Assembly (NCBI GenBank): GCA_001179505.1
Contig: CDMY01000875.1
Coordinates: 1-13,744 of the forward strand
From: Vitrella brassicaformis CCMP3155
Lineage: Eukaryota > Protista > Chromerida
Reading direction: 5' to 3'
DNA length: 13,744 nucleotides
Every line of letters begins with the position of its first letter. Position 1 is the first letter of the stretch. This document shows positions 8,772 through 13,744 of this stretch, piece after piece. The notes under the pieces were generated by a model. That model saw only the letters and a list, made by a program, of their open reading frames with translations. It was not told the DNA's origin and did no database searches. The translations under genes and the position numbers were made by a program.

Positions 8772-9136
8772 CACCTAGGTGATGGCATGTATGCCAGCAA
8801 ATTGTGCACAATGTGTTTTCCCGTTTCTTCCGTCATCTGATCCTACTTCTCTCTTTCAGGGGTCTCGGCAGGCACGTGATGCCTCCCTGTACAGGCGCGG
8901 AGAAGCAGAGACACGAGCATCGGAGACAACGAATGAGCAGAAACACATAAGGCAAATGAAAAGATGCACTTACATGCCTTCAACGCTCCGTTTAGCCATC
9001 ACAGCCTCACAGGGCATCCCTCGCTACCACTTTCTTCTAACAACGAAGGTGCTTGGGGAGACGTGTAGAGGATAAAAGCTTGCTCGTTTCACTGTACCTG
9101 GCTGTGTACCACACGTCATTCGGTTCCTGAATTGTT

Positions 9137-10040
9137 ATGGCGGCTGCAACTGCATTCTCTGGAGTCCCTCGCTTACTTATCGTCACTGCTTTCCTCACTC
9201 TCCTGGCTATCTTACTCTCCTTGCTAACACTTCTCTCCTGTCCCTCCATCGCATGCAAACAGCCTTGCCACTGGTGAAACGCCGCCAACAGGCACACCAT
9301 CCTCACTGGTTTTGGGGCGCCCTTACGGCCCTCGAGTTCGGTGGAGGTGCCCAGGCATCTCGGCCCACCCAATGCAACGGTTTCGTCAAACCAGAAATGC
9401 AAAAAAGGGGTATTGACGCGTTGTCGACATACATCTGTCCGCCACTGAGCGGCTTCTCCCGTGCCAACATGTCAACATGGCAGCTCCATAGAGTCAGGCG
9501 ACACTGCACAGCAAATGAAGGGGGGAAAGATGCATTAACACGTAGCAGCAGAGTCTGTGGCGGTCTCTCATGAAATGAACTGTGTCAATCGACCAACTCT
9601 ACGCGACAACATGCCAGCACCATCCTCAGCGCCCGCCTGCCGTATCTTCCAGCGGCGCCGCCCACCACACACATACTCGCACTACGTGCCAACGCAACAG
9701 ACAAACGAGCACGGACCGACCCCAGCACCTGGCTATACGACTTGTCTGCCCACGCAGCCCTGGTGCGCAGCTTCTCAACCATGCGGCTGAAAGCACAGCA
9801 AATGAAAGGCACACCGGGCTCCTGTCGGGCAAACGATTGAGTAGACCGCGGAAAATTGTTGTTCTGGATGTGTCGCGGCGGTCTGCCAAGTGCGAGCATA
9901 TGCCATGGACACACAGGTCGGCTGCACACACACGCGGAGGCGATGGTCACGGGTATGAGGGGATCCGCGGATAGGTCGTTCGTGTGTACGGCAGACGGTC
10001 GATACAGATGCATTGATTCCACATCCATGTCCTCCTGTCT
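9137..10040 (+). pseudogene. Probable pseudogene of a type II membrane, fucosyltransferase-like glycosyltransferase
   Basis: ATG 9137 gives a signal-anchor (MAAATAFSGVPRLLIVTAFLTLLAILLSLL). A frameshift near 9210-9250 leads into one frame continuing through TGA 9571 and TGA 9838. That frame includes PSTWLYDLSAHA and KLLFWMC...ICHGHTGRL...DRSFV, resembling VPQWVHDYVLLHA and YLIYHC...LCGGVADRL...NRIFL of the 1251-2516 protein. It runs into a MITE-like element at 10041. Similarity judged by eye only. Confidence 0.45.
9209..9419 (+). repeat. 211-bp dispersed direct repeat, copy 2
   Basis: Partner of 5414-5624. Confidence 0.95.
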
Positions 10041-10286
10041 TGTTGCCGCGTCTTGTCTCGCGATGTCTGTGTCTGATGTTCTATGAGTAATGGCGCAAAG
10101 CTCGAGACTGCTGGATGAAGTGTTTGCTGGTAACTACTATCGTTGATAGCTTGAGCCTTCAGTAAAAGAAACCTTCACACATCCAATCAACTCACTCTCA
10201 CTTAAACACTTCATCCAGCAGCCTCGACCTTTGCGATATTACTCATAGCACATCGGACAGACACCGCGAGACAAGACGCGGCAACA
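10041..10286. mobile_element. MITE-like element, 246 bp, ~85-bp terminal inverted repeats
   Basis: 10041-10125 (tgttgccgcgtcttgtctcgcg...ctgctggatgaagtgttt) matches the reverse complement of 10204-10286 at roughly 85-90%, around a ~78-bp AT-richer spacer. No clear target-site duplication and no ORF. Confidence 0.75.
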
Positions 10287-10418
10287 TAAGCTCGAGCTGG
10301 AAAGGGGCAGGTTGAAGCTTAGAAGTGGGACAAGGACGGCCCTTCATGCGGAGGGGTAACAAGGGCAAGCCGGGAGAGAGACATTAAACCCTTCTGTTTC
10401 AGCGTGTCTTTTTTGCAC

Positions 10419-10518
10419 CTGGGAGTCCCATCCCGCTTTAGGGCTCCTTACAGGCTCCCTGGGACTGGGAATTCCTTTCTCTGGGAACGCCCTGGGAAGG
10501 AGCCTGAGGAGCCTGGGA
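10419..10518. repeat. Cluster of six CTGGGA motifs with a GGCTCC/GGAGCC inverted repeat
   Basis: CTGGGA at 10419, 10459, 10465, 10481, 10492 and 10513. ggctccttacaggctcc (10442-10458) pairs imperfectly with ggagcctgaggagcc (10499-10513). Confidence 0.75.
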
Positions 10519-10579
10519 TTCCTAATTGTGGCGAATGAGTGAGCAGGATAAATGAGTTAAATGGCATGAAGAGCGATGC

Positions 10580-10808
10580 ATGTACACGACAGCTCAGATC
10601 AGTTTCACGGATCTTGCTCTTAGCTGAAAGCTGAGCTGGAGGGTGGTTATCAGGTCACAGTTTACCGGCGCGGAACCAACTTTTTTTTTTCTAGAATGTA
10701 CACGACAGCTCAGATCAGTTTTACGGATCTTGCTCTAGCCAAAAAGCTGAGCTGGAGGGTGGTTATACAGCCCCAGTTTCACGGCCGTGGAACCAACTTT
10801 TTTTCTAG
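10580..10808 (+). repeat. Two tandem ~115-bp units, each ending GC palindrome - T-run - CTAG
   Basis: Units 10580-10695 and 10696-10808 both start atgtacacgacagctcagatcagttt, contain a cagctcag/ctgagctg inverted repeat and end ggaaccaac(T)nctag. Confidence 0.9.
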
Positions 10809-10810
10809 GG

Positions 10811-11130
10811 GTTTTTTTCAAGATCTGCTTTGTGATATGTGTGGAGGGGGTCACTGCGAGGAACGAGTTTGCTTCGAGCCTCCAATCCGTTCACTCGTTC
10901 GCGCGAAAAACGGCGGCAAAAGCCCGGAAAATCGGTTTTCGGCTGTTTTCTCCCGGGTTTCTGGTGCATTCGACGCACAAGTCTGTGTGTGAGTGCTCCT
11001 TCGTCTGCTCCGTCCTCACGCAAGCGGCTATCGACCTGCGCTCTGTGAACCACGAGAACCAGCTACCGAAAGTTCACGCTGCCGTCAACCCAAATCAGCA
11101 CGACTGGGTCAATGTATGATAGATTTCGCT
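10811..11130 (+). repeat. ~320-bp direct repeat, copy 1 (copy 2 at 13278-13590)
   Basis: Both copies start g(T)ncaagatctgctttgtgatatgtgtggagggggtcactgcg a few bases after a CTAG and align to atttcgct at roughly 85% identity by eye. Confidence 0.95.
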
Positions 11131-11770
11131 ACGTTGTGTTCACACGGAAGCGCGGATCGCTTTTCGTTCTGTCAACAAGAAGAACCAGTCACTGAAAGGT
11201 TACACAGCCATCAACCATCAGTCACACAATGTATCGTTCACGGCACAACTGCTTGACGGTCTCTTCGTACCCAAGCGGCCGTCGCTCTTCGGCCGCGCAA
11301 ACGAGACCATAGCCGTTGAAAACTTGCTCACCGCTAGCTCCACCGCAATCTCCTTGCACACGCTTCAAGGTCGATCTGGTTGATGAAATATATGCGCACG
11401 GACGCTGCCAGAGACGAGTCTGCTTCTAGTCGCAATTGCGCCCTGTCGTTCGGGTAAAAGGCGGCAAGCGCACTGGTGTCGGTTACACGGAATTCGGCGA
11501 TTTGTTTCGGGACTCTCACTCATTCGATGCAAAAGCATGTATGTCTGATACATCCCGTCATGCTGTGTGCGAACGCAAGCGGCCATCGCCATGTGCCGTC
11601 TTGAGAAAGAGAAACAGCCACCGAAAGTTCACACAGCCGCCAACCTAAATCAGCACGATTGTGTCAATGCATGATACATCTCGCTATGCTGTATTAACAC
11701 GCAAACGGCTATCGCTCTCCGCCCCGTCAAAAGGAGAACCGTCACCGAAAGTTTAGACAGCCGTCAAAAA
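11018..11770 (+). repeat. 126-bp repeat units in two tandem pairs (starts 11018, 11144; 11573, 11699)
   Basis: Shared core acgcaagcggc(t/c)atcg...gagaa(a)c(c)agccaccgaaagttcacacagccgtcaacc(c)aaatcagcacga..gtgtcaatgcatgata. The period is exactly 126 in both pairs. A further copy starts at 13478 and a decayed core lies near 11861-11889. Confidence 0.85.
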
Positions 11771-11917
11771 TCCCAAACTATAATGTGGATACACCTCTCC
11801 CACCTCGGTCCTCACGCCTGTGGCCGTCGCTCTCTTCGCCTCAAAGGGACAACCAACCAATAAAGGTTCACACACCCCAACCACCAAACGGTGTGCATCG
11901 TGGGTTGTCAAACGTGT

Positions 11918-12439
11918 GGATCAATTCGTTATCACGTGAAACGGACTTTTTCTATAGAAAAAGCCGGCCACCCTATAGAAAAACCCCCGCCACCTCCCTC
12001 GGCAAGCCGACGAGGGAGGTGTACGTATACAGGTATTTGTACAAATGTGTACCCTCCATAAGGTATACGTACACCTCCTCCCGCCGGGGCAGCCGACGCC
12101 TATAAAAAAGCACCCACCACCTCCCTCGTGCAGCCGACGGGCAGCCGACGCCCATGGCCGGCCACCTTGTGGCCAGTCAGGCCAGGACCACGGCCGTCTC
12201 CCAAGCGAAGCAACCGAGGAGGGTTGTCTGCAGTGATGCAGTGATTCACTGAATGAATGAATTGATGAATGAATGACAATGATCCATCATTGATTGTTGA
12301 CTGACAAGCAAGCACACAATCGTGTGACTCGAGAGAATGACAGAGTGATTCGTTCGTTCATGCCTTATCAGGCGGCACGTCCCATTGCAGAATCACTATC
12401 ATCAGAAAAAGTCCGTTTCAGGTGATAACGAATTGATCC
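11918..12439. mobile_element. 522-bp element with 36-bp terminal inverted repeats and a palindrome-rich modular interior
   Basis: ggatcaattcgttatcac(g/c)tgaaacggactttttct at 11918-11953 and inverted at 12404-12439 (35/36 match). Interior palindromes at 11946-11963, 11991-12021 and 12015-12078. No TSD or ORF seen. Confidence 0.65.
12250..12276. repeat. (TGAA)n degenerate microsatellite
   Basis: tgaatgaatgaattgatgaatgaatga. Confidence 0.8.
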
Positions 12440-13237
12440 CGTCAGGCACGATTTCGCACCCCGCTCTGTTCTTTTGCAGCCACGCATGTGCTTCAGCTCG
12501 CCCTCCGTTGAGCGCCACCCCCGGCCAGGCCCGTGTAAAAGCCGAAATGTGCACAGTGTTCTGTGAGCTTTTCTTTGTGTGTCGTTGTAAGTGCCAAGTC
12601 TCTTCTACAATAACCACGATTTCAGTTCTGTCAGTAGACCACATGGTGTGACCAACTAAAAAATACTAAAGAGTCGTCTGAGACACTCTGAGAGACGGCT
12701 TGTTGCGATGATTGGGGTTTGTCAAAAGGGGAAAAAGATGCTCTGCTCACTTGTGTAAAGTCCTATACGCTAAACAAAGACCCAACAAGGAGAGAATGTA
12801 GAGGTTTGACGGAAAGCCGACACTTTGATAATCCAACATGGGCCCTTCTAAGGCCTGACACTGCCTCAGCTTCGAAAACCGTTCCCGAGTTTTAGAGGAG
12901 CGTGTCTCCTTTCCGTGCATCGAAGTAATCCGGGCTCTGATTACAGCATCCATATACCCTTTCCTTACATTCTTTGTTCCGTTTATGTTATTTCATCCGT
13001 TGCGAGCACGATCTCTTTTCTGGTTATCCGTGAAGAAGTGAGCGGTTGCAACCGCCACGCGGTGCCACATCGACATCACCACACCGTCAACCAAAACGTG
13101 TCTCGACGTCGCCCATCCCAGTCTGCTCACAAAAGCGCAGTTTACACGTACATGGCAGTGCAGTTGCACATGCCTGTCATGCCCTTCATTAGATGGATTT
13201 CACGCACGTGTTCTGTTCTAAGGAAAAACGGACAAGG

Positions 13238-13274
13238 GCTGTCGTGTGCATCCCCCGGTCCCGCCGGGGTCTAG
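13238..13274 (+). mobile_element. Helitron/Helentron-like 3' end: subterminal inverted repeat + GC hairpin + CTAG
   Basis: gctgtcgtgtgcat (13238-13251) is a 13/14 reverse complement of atgtacacgacagc (10580, 10696). It is followed by hairpin ccccgg-tcccg-ccgggg (13253-13269) and CTAG (13271-13274). Confidence 0.45.
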
Positions 13275-13277
13275 AAT

Positions 13278-13590
13278 GTTTTTTCAAGATCTGCTTTGTG
13301 ATATGTGTGGAGGGGGTCACTGCGCGGAACGAGTTTGCTTCAAGCTTCAAATCCGTTCACTCGTTTGCGCGAAAAACGGCGGCAAAAAACCCGGAGAATC
13401 GGTTGTTTTCTCTCGGGATTCTGGTGCGTTCGCCGCGCAAGTCTGCGTGTGAGTGCTCCTTCGTCTGCTCTGTCCTCACGCAACCGATTGTCGCTCTGCG
13501 CTGCGTCAAACACGAGAACCAGCCACCGAAAGTTGACACTGCCGTCAACCCAAAACAGCACAATTGTGTCAATGCATGATACATTTCGCT
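13278..13590 (+). repeat. ~320-bp direct repeat, copy 2
   Basis: Partner of 10811-11130. Confidence 0.95.
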
Positions 13591-13744
13591 GTGCTGGGAA
13601 GAGATAATTGACAGATGGCATCCATGCACTCGCTTATCCAAATCGCCTCCATGAATCTATCCACATATGCCTATGCACAAAGGGCACGCTCACTCATCCG
13701 ATGAGAACACCCCAGCCCCGTCCATCGCCCCAACACCACGCCAT

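Noticed and set aside
9571-9840. Selenocysteine or UGA readthrough rescuing the 9137 gene
   Set aside because: A frameshift and a 3' truncation are also present, the neighbouring genes use the standard code and no SECIS could be identified.
10580-10808. tRNA or spliceosomal snRNA genes
   Set aside because: AGCTCAG resembles part of an A box, but there is no cloverleaf, no GTTCRA B box and no recognisable U-snRNA or spliced-leader sequence.
10696-11119. Paired ORFs here and at 13193-13607 as a duplicated protein gene
   Set aside because: An indel shifts frames between the copies, several frames are similarly open and no domain is recognisable; better explained as non-coding repeat.
12440-13237. 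Short ORFs (12747-12953 minus, 12915-13274 plus)
   Set aside because: No motifs, no convincing splice chain and no internal repeat structure found.
1-13744. Autonomous transposon, retroelement or viral genes
   Set aside because: No DDE transposase, reverse transcriptase, Rep/helicase, integrase or capsid motifs in any frame I could read.

Overview
Eukaryotic genomic DNA with short GT-AG introns (mostly 40-70 bp) and (GA)n, (GT)n and (CATT)n microsatellites. The style suggests a chromerid or related alveolate protist, but that is inference. There is a 300-N assembly gap at 3110-3409. Two intact Golgi-type (type II membrane) glycosyltransferase genes face away from each other: an intronless fucosyltransferase-superfamily gene (1251-2516, minus) and a 10-exon exostosin/GT47 gene (6466-8771, plus, about 597 aa predicted). 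A probable third, decayed fucosyltransferase-like gene lies at 9137-10040, and a spliced hypothetical gene lies at the left edge. The rest is a dense set of structured non-coding repeats. These are: a 2.2-kb segment bounded by ~113-bp inverted repeats with a ~235-bp foldback near its middle and a 211-bp copy of the pseudogene 5' region; a 246-bp MITE-like element; a ~3-kb complex with Helitron-like palindrome+CTAG ends, a 320-bp direct repeat and 126-bp tandem units; and a 522-bp inverted-repeat element sharing motifs (AAAGTCCGTTT, CGTATACAGGT) with the 2.2-kb segment. No transposase, rRNA, tRNA or CRISPR array is supported. The best candidate for something undescribed is a family of non-autonomous palindromic or rolling-circle elements that may copy and shuffle glycosyltransferase fragments and promoter modules. 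This is a hypothesis and needs genome-wide searches.
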